From Azolla caroliniana (lineage: Eukaryota; Plantae; Polypodiophyta), in the NCBI GenBank assembly GCA_043228905.1, contig JBHGNT010000257.1, positions 1 to 44,011 of the forward strand: 44,011 nucleotides of DNA, in the 5' to 3' direction. Under the pieces are notes generated by a model. It did not search any database. It saw only the letters and a list, made by a program, of their open reading frames with translations, and was not told where the DNA came from. Shown here in pieces: positions 10,149 to 23,249 of this stretch (the first letter of the stretch is position 1; each line of letters starts with the position of its first letter). Position numbers and translations under genes: made by a program.

Positions 10149-13114
10149 TTACTCTTCTTCCAAAATGCCCCTGATGTTTGGCTCTGCTACGGTGTCCGCG
10201 TCCGGAGACGGCGTAGGGCCCGTATGTGCACCGTGGTGTGGTTCCCCTGTTTGGTCGGGAGGGCTTCTCATGGTGTCGCGATCGTCCTGCGTGGGTGGCC
10301 CGGGTTCTATGGGCTCTTCGTGGGCTAGGGGGTTGGGCTCAGCCGACGGCGGGCTTGCAGTCGTCCGCGGCTCCGTCGCATCCGTCACTTCCTCCGTGGT
10401 GTCGACCGTCGTTGTACGCTCTGGGGAGTGGTTTTGCGGTTCTGCTTGGTTCGCAACGTTCTCCGTGTGGTCGGCCGATAGCGTATGCTCTAGTAGATGG
10501 GGTTCCTCTTGGGCAGAGGTTACGCTGTCTGGTATGGTGGGGGACTCCGCTCGCCATTCTGCGCTATTCACCGTAGTTGTGATTTCTGGTGACCTGGCCT
10601 GAGGTTCCTCTTCTTCGGCAGTATCCGGAATTGGTGTCGCAATGGGTCCCTCATTCGTTCGTGAGTTGCCGGCTTGCATGATCTGGTGAAACAGATCCTC
10701 CTAACTTTCACCAAAATCATCTAATAGCTACGCGAGTTCTTCGAAATGTTGGTCCGCTAGCACACGATAGTCTTGCGCTAGGTCCTCACGTACTGCCGCA
10801 ATGCTCTCCTCATTGAGTTTATAGAAGCCTCACCCGTCTTTTCTCCGATTCTCCCAGTCCGCATGATACGTGTGCAATTCCGCCGCTTGGGCTGCCCATG
10901 CCATCCATCCTTTGTCCAACGCCATTTTCAATTGCATTGTAAACCTCTGTCGATTGGTTTGTAGAAGGATACGCATGTTGTCTGTGATGGCCTGGCAACG
11001 GTTGCGTGCTTCTTCCACCGACTTCTTGAGGTTTGTGATTTCCTGCTAACTAACTGTCGTCGCTTCTTCATACGTGCTCTTCATACCCGCCCACAACTAG
11101 GATTCCTTCACATGTAGTTCTTCTAATTTCCCCATTTCATTGTTTAGGCAGATTTCGAGTTGATGCCTTCTTTCCTGTTTGCCCATCAGCTGCTCGTCGA
11201 ACCATGCCTTCTTTTTCTCCAATAAGGCCCGGAGTCCCGCGATTGCCGCTCCCGATTTCTTCGCTTCCTCCCGTAATTGGGTGTTTTCTTCTTTTGTCCG
11301 GGTGTGTTGTGTTGTCTCCGTAGTGAGTTTCTCTTCAAGGGTTTTTACTGCCTTTTAGCCGTTGGCCCGGATATCCTTTTCCCTGTTTGAGCACTGGCGA
11401 AGTTCAGCACAGAGGTGGTCAATTTCTGATTCCGCTAGTGTACAACCCTTTTTGCTTTTGAGGCAATGGTGGTTTGAGCCTCAATCTCTTCCTTCAAGGC
11501 TTCGATGGCGTGGTTTGGTGGTGGAGTTGCTTGTTGTGCCATAGCCGCGTTAGTTTCCAACTCCGCGATGCATTCGTTGGCTTTTTGCAGCTCGTCTTGG
11601 GTCAGTTTCACCTTCTTCCAGACATTCTTATTTTTAATGGCCATCTCCTTAGCGCTCGTGCTGACCTTTGCCAGTTCCCTATGGACTTCAACTAGGGCCG
11701 TGTTCAATGGGGGTAGTTCCATCCCCATTCAGCGTATCCCGGCTTTCCTCCGTCTACCGACTCTGGCTAACTGGTCCTCATCGTCGCTCTCCGCCATTTG
11801 TGTTAAGGCACGCTCGATCATCTGGCGCTCCGCGTGCTCCTCGGCCATTCGGTGTGAGGCCTTTATCTATTGCGTTGCCAAGAATTCTATGAGCTCAAAA
11901 GAGGTTCCGTACTGCAAGAGTGCGTTGAACTCATGGGCCGTGTCCGGGATATCCGGATATCCCAAAACCTCGCTTTCCACCGTCAATACGGCTTTCCCTC
12001 GTTGTGACTGGGCCGTAATGATCGGCCGTGGCTCCCAGATTATTTCGAAGGTGGTGTTGGGCTCCATGGCTGTGGAGCCGTCGCCTTCGGTCGTTGTCTC
12101 CGCCACTGTGGGTACGTCTTTAACTAATCCCCACCCATCTTTCCTGTCTAGTCTTCGCCGTTTCGGCCTAGGGCTATCCTGTCGTGGTTCGGCATCCAGC
12201 TCTGGTGCCGCTTCCGCGGAGCGCGCTGCCTGCTCTTCTGGCGTTGTCCGTGTGTCCGGCTGGGCAGGTTGGGGTTCATCCTCCCACTCTGTAGCAGCTA
12301 ACTCCGCTAACCTGCACTTCGCGGATCGGGGCGATGGCGTGGGTTTGTTGGGCTACGGTGCCGGCAGGCCTCGGGGTGGGAATAGTACCATCAGGTATTG
12401 TTGTATGATAGGCCTGAGCTTCTTGCCTCCTTGATACGCGTGCAAGCCTTCCCTTAACGTCGGCCCCGTGATGACTCCCCAGTCAACCGCACGCCCTTCA
12501 AAGGTATCAATAATGATACATGCCTTCTGCTTGGGCATCCCATATGCGTTTACGTGTACGCATTCGACCTCTAATAGGAACTTGGTGACTTCACGGAAAA
12601 AGGGATACGGGATCTCCTTCTTTCTATAGGCCTTGGTGGAAGAGGAATACGGACCAAAATACCTCTACAACGACTCCGCAGGGGGGATTTCGAAATGCCT
12701 CTCACCTAGGGATGACAGGTCCAACTTTTTCCGGATGGAGGAGTTGGTGACCGTGTCGACATTGAGCTTCCTGGCGATGTCCAATGCATCCGGGTGTGGA
12801 GGTGCCTCTACGACCCTGATGTACCCATCCAGGCGTTTCTCCAAGAGCCATCGACGTAAGGCGGTAGAGATAAATATCGGCATAGTCAGAGTAAGCTCGT
12901 GGGGAGAAGATTGGTGGTGGCGGTAGGTTTGATCTCTGTGATAGGATGGAGGAGAAGGTGAGGGAAGGGAGCGATGAGAGCACTGAGGGTTAGGAGGTGG
13001 ATTTCTATTTTGTGCCGAAGACCTTCTATTTCCTTCTTTTTGTGGCCTAAGGTTCATTGGGCGGTGAACCATCGTGGTGCCGCGTGTTCTTGGTCTAGAA
13101 GTCTGTGCATGCAT
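10149..13114 (-). pseudogene. Additional sense ORF downstream of pol (~990 codons ancestrally; coiled-coil and acidic P/T/E-rich tail), function unknown
   Basis: ORF pieces starting at 13114, 12538, 12106 and 11728 share one frame; pieces at 11018 and 10679 share a second frame. Confidence 0.75.
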
Positions 13115-16100
13115 TCAGTCCTTTTTTAATAGCGTCGTTATCTTCTCTTCTTCTTCTTTTCCTTTTTCGGCTTTGTCCTGTCTGGCGGTGAATGGGTTAG
13201 GTGGCGTAGGGCCCATGTAAGGTTTAAGGCGGAACCCATTCACCTTTTTTCATAAGACTTCCCCAACCAGCGTGCCTAGTTGGAACGTGCCTTGTTCCGC
13301 TCCTATTATCCAGTACGGGCCTGTTCAGCAGAATCGTAACTTCCCTGGCATATGGCCCATGCGGGTTTGGAAAACCAGTACCGCTAGACCGACCGTGAAA
13401 TCCTTTTCCCGTGCATTCCGATGTCGATCCACAAACACTTTACGCCTCGTTGTTCCTGCTCCACCACCCCCATGCTATGTACGCGTTTCTCGCCGAGTTC
13501 GAGTAGCCAGTGGAGCCGTACCTCCTCCGACTTGGCTTCCAATAGTCGGTCCTGTACTTGAATATGTAAACTGGGTATCTGAAACTCTACCGACATCACG
13601 GCCTCCAGCCCAAACGCTAGTCGAAACAGTGTTGACTGTATGCTTGTTTTGTAGCTGGTTTGTACGCCCATAACGCACTCTGTAATTTGGTAACCCACTC
13701 CGTTCTATTTTCATTGACGATTTTCTTTAAGATAGTCTGCAACGTCTTGTTGGTGGATTCCGCTAACCCATTCACTTGTGGATAATATGGCGTATTTTTC
13801 TTGTGGACTACGGCGTAATGATGCGTTAGTTCTCGAACGACCATATTGAGAAAGTGGCTCCCCTGGTCACTGATAAGATCAATCGGACAGCCGAACCGAC
13901 ACCAGATGTGTTCGTAAAGGAATCTCGCTGTGACGGTCGTCGTATTCTCTCGTAGTGCCTTTGCTTCTACCCACTTGGTGCAATAATCCATTGCTACCAA
14001 TATGTATTTATTGCCCGTACGGGCCACCGTCGGTGTGAAGGGGCCCACAAAATCCAGTCCCCACTTTTGGAAGGGATCTAACGGTAATACGAGACGGTGA
14101 GGCATCCTTGCGCCCTCTGTGGACTGGCCCATCCATTGACACAAATTGCACTTCCTGCAATACTCGTATGCATCCTTCTGTGTAGTCAGCCACCATAGGC
14201 CTGCTTGCCATATTTTTCGAGCCGTAACATCGCCCGCGTAATGGCCGCCTGTCATGCCGCAGTGAGCCTCCCGTAAGACTGTTTCTATCTCATCCTGACG
14301 TGCACTACGTCGCCAAATGCCATCACTACCTTTGTGATATAAAATTCCTTCTACTAGGCAGAAGTTACGGCTCTGGACGACTAATCGTTTCTTCTCGTCC
14401 GTGCGTAATTGTGTCATTTCCATAAGCCACCGGTCCGGAAAGGTCGTTTCCATTCTTTCTGCTAGTGCTGCTACCCGTAGAATGTCTGCGTCCGGAAAGT
14501 CATCGTCGTCCTTCTGTACTGTTTCTCCATTATCGAGTCTGCTCAAAAATTTTGCCGCTGCGTGTTGCGTACCCGGTCGGTGCTGAATTACAAAATCAAA
14601 TTCTTGAAGCAGCAACATCCATCGCGCCAATTTCCCCGTCTGTGCTTGTTTCTCCACCAAATACAACAGTGCCGAATGATCCACTCTGCTGTTGATAATT
14701 TGCGACTAGCGTAGTAGGTTGGCCGGTACCAATTCAGTTCGGTGAGCTGCATTAGCGCACTTCCTATTGCTATGTCCAAGGCATCTACGAACACGTGGAA
14801 TGGTTTCGCCCAAACTGGTGGCTGTACGACGGGTGCATGTGTGAGCATTATCTCGAGCGCCTCATAGGCCTTGTCCTCCATTGCAGTCCATTGGAAGGGA
14901 GTCCGATGCACGGCGGCATGTAACGGCGTGGCGAAGTCCGCCAAATATCGTATCATCCGACTATACCATCGTATTTGGCCTAAAAACCAGCTGAGTGATT
15001 TCGCTTTTGTCGGAGTTTTGTCTTGAATAATCGCGGAGATCTTGTTTGGATCGACCGCTATTCCCTCTTTGCTGACTATATGGCCTAGGAGCGTCCCGCT
15101 AGTCACATCGAAGGCACATTTTGCGGGATTCAAGCTTAAGCGTGCGGTGCGGCAATGTTCCAAGCACAGTTGCAGATGCATAAAATGGTCGGTTTTTTTC
15201 CCATATACCGCAAAATCTTCTAAAGAAACTTGCATGAACGCCGGAATATATTCCCCAAGGATCTCCGTGATTGTCCGTTGAAATGTTGTCGGCGCCGTTT
15301 TTAGCCCGAACTTCATGACGACTGCCACATAGACTCCCCAATCCGTGACAAATGTCGTCTTCTCTTGATCATCGAGATGCATGCGTACCTAGTTATAGCC
15401 ACTAAAGTCATCTAAAAAACTGTACATGTCATGTCTTGCGACGGCGTCCAGTACACTTTCGGTGAATGGTAACGGGAAAAGGATTTCGCGGTCGGTCGAG
15501 CGGTACTGGTTTTCCAAACCTGCATGGGCCATATGCCAGGGAATTTACGATTCCGTTGGACAAGACCGTACTGGATAATAGGAGCGGAACAAGGCACGTT
15601 CCAACTAGGCACACTGGCTGGGGAAGTCTTACGACAAAAGGTGAATGGGTTCCGCCTTAAACCTTACCTACGCCACCTAACACATTCACCGTCGGACAGG
15701 ACAAAGCCGGAGAACCCGCGGCGTAAGTGGACGGACCCACTTGTATCATAATGTAAAAATAGGCTATATGTAACCGTTACGAAAAAAAAACGGTTACATA
15801 CAGCCTATTTTTACATTATGACGTCCGTAATGGTTACGGCATTTAATTTTCGATAATCCACGCATACCCGTATTTTGCCTTTTTTCTTTGGAACGACTAC
15901 TATCGGACTTAACCATGTGGCTTGTCTAACTGGCCATATAAATCCCGCCTTTAGGAGTTTGTCAATTTCTTCCTTTACGCGGGTCCCGTAGTTTAGGTTC
16001 ATGCAGTAGCGGCGCTGCTGCACCGGTTTTGCGTCGGTCGCTAAATTGATCTTATATTGATAGAACTTCGGATCTAACCCCTTCATGTCCTCATGAACCC

Positions 16101-18717
16101 AGGCGAACACATCTTTATATTTCTTGAGTAGTTCGATCATCGTGTCTCTCTGATCCAGCCTTAATTCTTTTGCGATGGAGAGAAAACGGGGTTCTAACGC
16201 CGTACCCACGTTTACTTCTTCCAGAGCGGAGGCGGTGACTCGCCGTGAAATTTCCATTTCCCTCTCGAATGTTGTTCGTGCTCTGCTTAGTTCCAAGATT
16301 GACTCCAGGTTTGGTTCATAAGTCTCGTCGTGGATAGTAGTGGTCGTGGCATATTCTGTCGCAGTTGCGATGAGGTCAATTTCGTACAGCGGAATAATCC
16401 AAGGGTGCTCGTCTAGGTATGCCTCTAATTCTGCATCCTCCACCCCGGCTAGCATATTTATATCTTCCAGGTATAATGGTGTTATACCCTTGGATTGTGT
16501 CGCCCTTTCCTCCATAGGTACGCGAACCTTGGTGCGTCCGTGTCGAAAATTGATACACTTGTGTTGCCAGATCTGCTTGATATTCGTTGCACGAAGCCAC
16601 GGTCTGCCCAGCAGCATAGGGTATGCCCCTGGGGCGTCCAGGGTGAGGACTACCACCGAGATGCTGAAGCGATGTCCTCCCACGATAATGCCGACCTTGC
16701 GTATCAACCCCAATGGTCGTACTGAGCGGGTATCTTCCATTAGGAGCCAGAACGGGCAAGCCTCCCATTCTGAAATACCTAACTGCTCGCATGTTTTCGT
16801 GCTAATTACATTAACGCCCGAGCCGCCATTGATTATGCAACTTGGGATTTCCTGACCGTGTAATATCAATGTAATAGCCGAGTTGTGATGATACACTACC
16901 GACGGTCCGTCGCTAATGTCCGTGAGATTCGTAGCTACGCTCACCCCGGGTATGTCCGTCACCCGTTCTTCCATGGTCTGGCGGAAGCATGGGACTAGTT
17001 GCAACAGCTTCTCCATGGTTAACGTTATCTCGCAGCTTGCCAGTGCTTGCCAAATGGGGTCCGGGGTCGGTCTTTCGTCCTCCACTAGCCCCATTGTTTT
17101 CGCAGACTCCTTCCGCATGCATTCCGTATTTGTCGCGTTTGTTTTTTCAACCCATGCCTGGGCTTGTCGTCGTATCTCATCTTGCGCGGCCCAATCAGCC
17201 ATTTTCGTTTGCTGGCGTGTCGTGACTTGCTGCACTTCTATCGTAATCGTATTGACGGCGGGCCCCTTGCCCTTGCGTACTGGGCATTGCGTGGCATAAT
17301 GTCCGGGCTGCTGACAAACAAAACAATGGATGCTCGATTCACCCTTCTCAACGCCTGGTGGTGCATGCTAATCCCCCGGTGCGACTTGCTCCTCACGGTC
17401 CGGCCTCATTTTTTGGAGCGTACACGGTGGTTGTTGTTGGGCCCGGCGTGGTTCTTGATGCTGCTCTTCGTCCGTGCTTTCGTCATATCGTCTGTGGTCC
17501 CGATATTGTCGCTGCTTCCCACGAGATCCATTGAAGCCGCCACGTTTGTTTGTCGGCCGGTGATTCTCATAGTGTCGGCCCCCTTTAGCATATCGAGGGG
17601 AACCACGGTAGTCCTCATCCTCTAGCTCGTCTTCCTCGGAATCATTGTGATTCCGGTTATTCCGGTAGTGCCGGTCGTCACGGGGGTTGCGATCCATATA
17701 CCGTGGTCAGTCTTCTTGCCTCCTTTGTTCAGGACAGCGTGGGGGACATTGTGTGTCCATGCTGCGTATTGTGGGAGCGGCTCTATTCAGCATATTCTAT
17801 TCACACTGTTCGATTGTGTGAGCCTTCGAGTGACAGATTGGGCAATGGATTCGCATGTTGCACTCCACTGCGGAATGCCTTGAGTTCAAGGAAATCGTGC
17901 ACTGGATTGCTTGATGAAACTGTCGTTCCTCGTCCTGAGGTAACGCTTGTCGTAATGACACAGAAAACCTTTCCTCTTCGTCGTCCAGCTCGAGTTGTAA
18001 CGCTCGTTCAATGACCATATCCGTCGTCTCCCCTTTCACGCTATTGTTGTTGAGCATTGTCTGTATGGATCGGCGTAATGCCGCCAGAAATGTCTCCCGA
18101 GCCTTGTCCTCCGCAGGGCCCCATTCTAGTTTTCGCCGTAAATTTTGGAAATGTAAGCTGAAGTCTACAATCGTCTCAGTCGGAAGCTGCTTAATTGTGT
18201 AGAACTGTCCGAGGATTTCGCGTTGTGGAACCCTCCGATGGAAGAACCGCAAAAAGGCGGACTGCAACTGGTCGAAGGTCGTGATTGCTGGCAGATCCAT
18301 CTGGGAATGCCAAAACGCCGCTTGCCCATCCAATGTTAACCCAAACTCTGTCATTTTGGACTGGTGCGCTATCGCCTCAAAAAGGCTCTGTGCCATGTGG
18401 TTTGCATTCCAGACATTGAGGAACATGCGAATGTGAGTTGCGGCGTCGGTTTCGTCGTTAAAGCAGGGATAGGCAAAGGCCATGCTGGGGGCTACAGCGG
18501 GCTAGGAAAGACCACAATGCTGTTGTGGTGAGCGTCCTCCCCACGTATCGTCGAGGTATTTGGAGAGCAGGAAATCACCTTTGTGATCACGACAGGTAGT
18601 GTTGAGGTCGTTGAGGCGAGGCTTCTCCCGTGCGCGTTCCTCTGCCTGGCGTGTGATGGACCTTGTGATTGGCCAGTCTAGTCGTGTTGGTTCTCTAGGG
18701 CGTCTGCGGCTAAACAT
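13115..18717 (-). pseudogene. Ty3 gag-pol polyprotein, disrupted
   Basis: Gag with CCHC-type knuckles (CPICHSKAHTIEQC, CFVCQQPGHYATQC); PR IINGGSGVN; RT WLSPIVVVPKK..CVDYRKLN..FGLKTAP; RH YYASRKL; INT WGLDFVGP..SDQGSHF..YYPQVNG, WTGPY. Confidence 0.93.
15472..15821 (+). repeat. Inverted copy of the integrase 3' end plus a 33-bp-stem hairpin, inserted within RT
   Basis: 15472-15709 is approximately the reverse complement of 13168-13412; hairpin arms 15746-15778 and 15789-15821 have one mismatch. Confidence 0.92.
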
Positions 18718-18771
18718 CCATTCGTCGTTGTTCGTCTGTGAGAAGACACAGATCATCAAGCATGCCAAAAG

Positions 18772-19220
18772 TGTTACCGATTAGGAACACGATCTACGGT
18801 CAGTCCTTCGACCTAGACCTCCAAGTGACTGTGTGACAACGAATGGTAGCATCTGTGCGTAATACTTAGTGGGATGTTCCCCGTAACCTAGCAGCGTATA
18901 AGGGAGACGGCTACAACTGAGCTCCTTTGACAGTGGACTAATACACACAGTGTTACTTACTCCTACACTCTCAGGTGTTACAGACACACAGTAGATTAGT
19001 CGTAGCTACACACAGATATCAGAGAAGATAGAATTCTATTACGATATATCTCTTACATTCAAAATTACACGCTCCCTCTATCAGAGGTTTTCTACCCTTT
19101 ATATACGCAGGGTCTTTTAGTCGTTCACGCTTCCCGCGTGAACCGTTACATGCGTTACAATATTATACTATTCCGTATTCCTGTGCTCTTGTCCGTCGAT
19201 TACTATTCCGGCGGACAACA
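18772..19220 (-). repeat. 5' LTR (449 bp)
   Basis: Direct repeat of 9650-10101; followed on the minus strand by CTTT-TGGCATGCTTGATG (PBS-like). Confidence 0.95.
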
Positions 19221-19225
19221 ACAAC

Positions 19226-19421
19226 AACCTTGAGTTCTTCCTCGTCCACAAACAGTTACAAAGGAGTTATATTCTCTCTCTCTCTCTTACAAACACTACA
19301 CTCCAATGCACACTAATGATTCATCACTTATATAATTATTTGCCCCAAGTGTATTTATACTCATACACAATATGGACTATTTAACTTATCTCTCCATCCG
19401 GAGGGACCAATTTTCCCAACA
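19226..19421 (-). mobile_element. Copia LTR, 5' part
   Basis: Minus strand starts TGTTGGGAAAATTGGTCCCTCCGGATGG, matching the LTR start at 3957. Confidence 0.8.
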
Positions 19422-19424
19422 ACA

Positions 19425-19610
19425 AGGCATGCATAAAATGCATGGAATGCATGTGGTGCATGATAACCATCTCACTCATTCGAGCTCTCGTGTATGAAAA
19501 TTTACATGGCATAAGTACAATGATGAAAACATGGTTTTGAAAAACAACTTAACTTAGTGATATGTACTTTCTACTTGGTATATAAGGTTGTGGGTTCAAG
19601 TCTCTCAAAT
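19425..19610 (-). mobile_element. Fragment of an LTR related to solo LTR 1335-2516
   Basis: GCATGATAACCAT.TCACTCATT..AGCTCT..AATTTACATG is the reverse complement of ~1940-2110. Confidence 0.7.
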
Positions 19611-19853
19611 GTCACTTAATATAATACTCTCAAATGTAGCTAGCTTGTTTAACACGACACCGAAGCTACATCATGCTTCGGTCACTGATCCTTAATTGAT
19701 GATAAGGCTTCCTTGATACGATAGAATCTCATGACCAACCTCGACGCGATTTGGTTGTCGGTCTATATCAACGTATGAAGGCCTTGAATCCACATGAAGC
19801 AAGCATGATGAACCACTTCTTTTACATGAACCGCCTTCATTATCTTCTTATAC

Positions 19854-20214
19854 TGTCACAACATTAACACAATTATTAGGTGGCATCATTATGAGATAGA
19901 TTTATACTAGGAATCTGTATCGGGAACACCATATGTGGGACATCCTTGTATAAAATTCAACTTGATGCATTGTATGTTGAACACTAGAACTTTCTAGAAA
20001 CTTCTAGAGAATGCATTCTCTAGAATATTCCTAGCTTGCATACATACCTCCACCTTCTTGTATACATACTTGGGTGTACCTTTATTCCAATCAAGGTGAA
20101 CAACTCCAGTTACGGAAGCATAAGTTGAGTTTTTGTTATCTTTCTCTTGTCTCTTCTCTCTTGAAGTATTTATTTTCTTGTCTTGGTTATGCTGTGTTCT
20201 ACTCATCCATGACA
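19854..20214 (+). mobile_element. Solo LTR of a chromovirus-related family
   Basis: TGTCA..TGACA termini, perfect 5-bp TSD TATAC, motif shared with LTR 7322-7693. Confidence 0.88.
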
Positions 20215-20262
20215 TATACATAGAGTTAGGCAAAATTGAAGTGGGAGACATTTGCAGGTCAT

Positions 20263-20304
20263 TGTTTTGGATGTGGTGAATGGGGTCACTTTATGGCAGA
20301 ATGC
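20263..20304 (+). pseudogene. Isolated gag-type CCHC zinc knuckle remnant
   Basis: Translates CFGCGEWGHFMAEC followed by a stop. Confidence 0.55.
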
Positions 20305-20415
20305 TAACATCATTGTCCTTCAACTTTGGAGGTTCCTAATGAAGGGAATGTTAAGGAAGGAGTTGAGAGAGATGTTGGTGTAAAGAACCGAGAGTGAGTA
20401 TGTGCAGCGGAAGAG

Positions 20416-20417
<2 letters not shown>

Positions 20418-20463
<46 letters not shown>

Positions 20464-20484
20464 ATGTGCGTGCGCGCGCGCATG

Positions 20485-20520
<36 letters not shown>
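20418..20520. repeat. Compound microsatellite (GT)n-(GC)n-(AG)n
   Basis: Directly visible. Confidence 0.97.
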
Positions 20521-20522
<2 letters not shown>

Positions 20523-23249
20523 CAAGTATACAGAAACCCAACAAAGACTATATTATCAAGGAAAAGATTGCAAGAATGACCAACAATTACAAATAAGGTG
20601 GGGGGGTGCTTATATAGTCACCTTCTCTTTATATTCTCTTTCTACAACCACATCTTAACTAAAGGGAGGTGGAGACTTAACTACACTGAATATGTGCCAT
20701 AGAACTATAAGATTCTATGACACACTAGTTGTTAAAATAGGTGGTGGGGTGTTCACACACTAGGGTGTGTTCCCACACTAGGGAAGTTGAGTTTGATTCT
20801 CAACAGTTGGTATGTAAGATATTGTAGTTATGGATGAAGGAACATCTTTTAGAGCAGGTGATAAAGAGGCTTCACTTCAAGGTTTGGGCCCTCAAAATAA
20901 GGGAACTCAAATCTGTGAATATGAAAAATCAAAGTTTAGCGTGTATAGAGAAGGGGGGGAAACCATTGGGTAGGACTAGTATTGATGTTGTTGTTGATAA
21001 AGATTGGCATCATGTAAAGGGCAAGTCTAAGGGGAAATCAATGAATATACAACGTAGTAGTTTGCCATCATTACTCGTGAGACTACTTCGCAAGGTACTT
21101 CGGGAACTCAATTGTGCCACAACAATGTGAATAAGACAAACAATGATCAATGAAAAACCAATGTTTTCTATGATTAGTGATCTTGTGCCAAACATCATCG
21201 TAAACTAGACAAGTAGTTAGTCCACCTCACATGATGTGTAAGATATTCTTGAAAACCTAGGTTTGCATAGACAAAAAGTTGTCCATTTGTTCAATACTAG
21301 ACCATCAAACAAGTAAGATAGCCCCAAAATTTTGCACAAAACAAAACAATTTCCGCACCTCATTGGATGAGTAAAGTATACTTAAAATCTTAGATTTTAC
21401 ACCAACAAAAAACTTTCCACCCATCCAACACCCTTCTACCATAAGACAAGTAAGCTTTCCTCAAAGTCCTAGCTTCTATACATGGCAAAGCAATCATCCA
21501 CCCAACATGACAATGTTGTAAGATATTGTCCAAAGATTAGGTTCCACAACCAAACAAAAATTGTTTGCCCCATTAATTAGTAACCCGCCATCGGAAAAGA
21601 AACATATCGTTGAGAGCTCGGTTTTCAACACCAAGCAAGCTTGGGCATCCACCCAATCCACACATGATGTCGCATCAAAGACAAGTGAAATACAACCCCA
21701 TCAAGGAGCTCAGTTTTTCTCTTCTACATGGAGGGCAAACCATTTCCTGTACACACACACAAGGGGTAGGGCCACGCAACTGGGAACTAGAGAGACATGC
21801 ACGTGTCCATGCATCTAGGGGTTGGTGTGACAATCCCCGTGCTTTTGTATCAGTGTTAGGGCATGAACAACAAAACAAGGACCATCTATACACATGGTAG
21901 TTACCAGCCTCATCTAATAGCATGATAATCTAACATCATCATCTAACATCATGATCATCATCTATCATCGTTATCAATCATCTATCATCAATCACTTATC
22001 ATTAGTTCCATCTATCATCATCAGCATGATGGCTTGAGGGGTGGCTCTTTGTGTAATTTTGGAAGAAACAAATGAAGAAGAAGAAGCATTCCCTTCCCTT
22101 TTTCCTGCACACGATGACGATTGGCATCTCTGCTCCCAAAGCCATGATATGATGTCAGGGGAAAAGAAACGCAAAAAGAAATTCTCAACCTAAAACTAAT
22201 CACGATCAAACGAGAAACCCACTGGTTTTTTCGACTCAATTTTTTTGAACTCGGAGTGCAAATTTACACAATCTAAAGAAACACTTGACAAAAAGATGAG
22301 TTCTAGAATGACCACATTTAAAAACTCGCATTGTCCATGGGAAGAATTTATGTGAGGTTAGTGTCGGATTTTTCGGAACACAATTCCAAGCATGAGGTGA
22401 GAAATTGGAACCTTTCAATGACTTGGGACTAGTTCACATTTGAATATGGGGTCGGTCCCCTTTCAAATCTAGTCAAAAACAACAATAATGTGGAAATGCC
22501 AATAACCTTAGTAAAACCTTCTATGAAAGAATGAACATAATAAGACACTTGAGGAGGTTAATCAAGACTTAGTCTCGGAGCGGAACAATGCCCAAGAATG
22601 GCAGACGGATCAATTTTGTGGCAACCATTGTCAATGAAATAACGAATGTAAACACTCAACTAGGTCAATCAAGCCTTGATCTTAGACCTAATCAATGCCC
22701 AAGAATGACAAAAGGACTAGGCAAACCATTGTCAAGACACCGCCCAAAATTCCAAGGTCGAAGATAAGACTTTTTTTCTCATGACGTTCATCATTGTCTT
22801 TTCCTCGTAATTTCTCCTTAAGAACTTTGATTGGTGAGCCGAAAATTTTATCACGAACCCCACGAAAACCTTGACAAGAGATTGATGCATCAAGCACTTC
22901 GATCTATGAACATATTTTCAAACCAAATGTATGATCCTTGATGACAATTCACAAGGAATGAAAATTAAATTTTCATTTTCTCCAATTACTTGGATTTTGA
23001 TACATACGATGGAAACTTCTAACAACTTATAATATTTCCAAAATAAAATTTGAGATTAAGATAATTTCGTGTTTATCAACAATCAACATGCTTTGCAATA
23101 GCACCATAAAGCTTGGGATTGAGATATAATTTTTTTTACGATAATATCACCTTTATTACATAAGATATGAGAGATTAAGCTGAAGAAAGTAAAGAGATCG
23201 AAATAGTGTCTAGGGGAGATCCTTGAGTTTCAATTTCAGAGTCTACGAT

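Larger units (their letters stand above)
9650..19220 (-). mobile_element. Structurally complete non-chromovirus Ty3/gypsy element (Athila/Phygy/Selgy-like, no extra RNase H seen) with a 3' extra ORF; decayed
   Basis: Two LTRs, 9650-10101 and 18772-19220 (TGTT..AACA, ~28 substitutions and 2 indels by manual count); TSD GCAAC/ACAAC; gag-PR-RT-RH-INT on the minus strand. Confidence 0.93.

Noticed and set aside
11505-12434. 309-aa plus-strand ORF
   Set aside because: Antisense shadow of the minus-strand extra ORF; Ser/Ala-rich with no motifs.
20310-20658. Several ORFs with CV/ER/HT repeats
   Set aside because: Translations of microsatellites.
20530-22900. Very decayed retroelement-like sequence
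   Set aside because: Probably TE-derived, but no motif or boundary could be supported.
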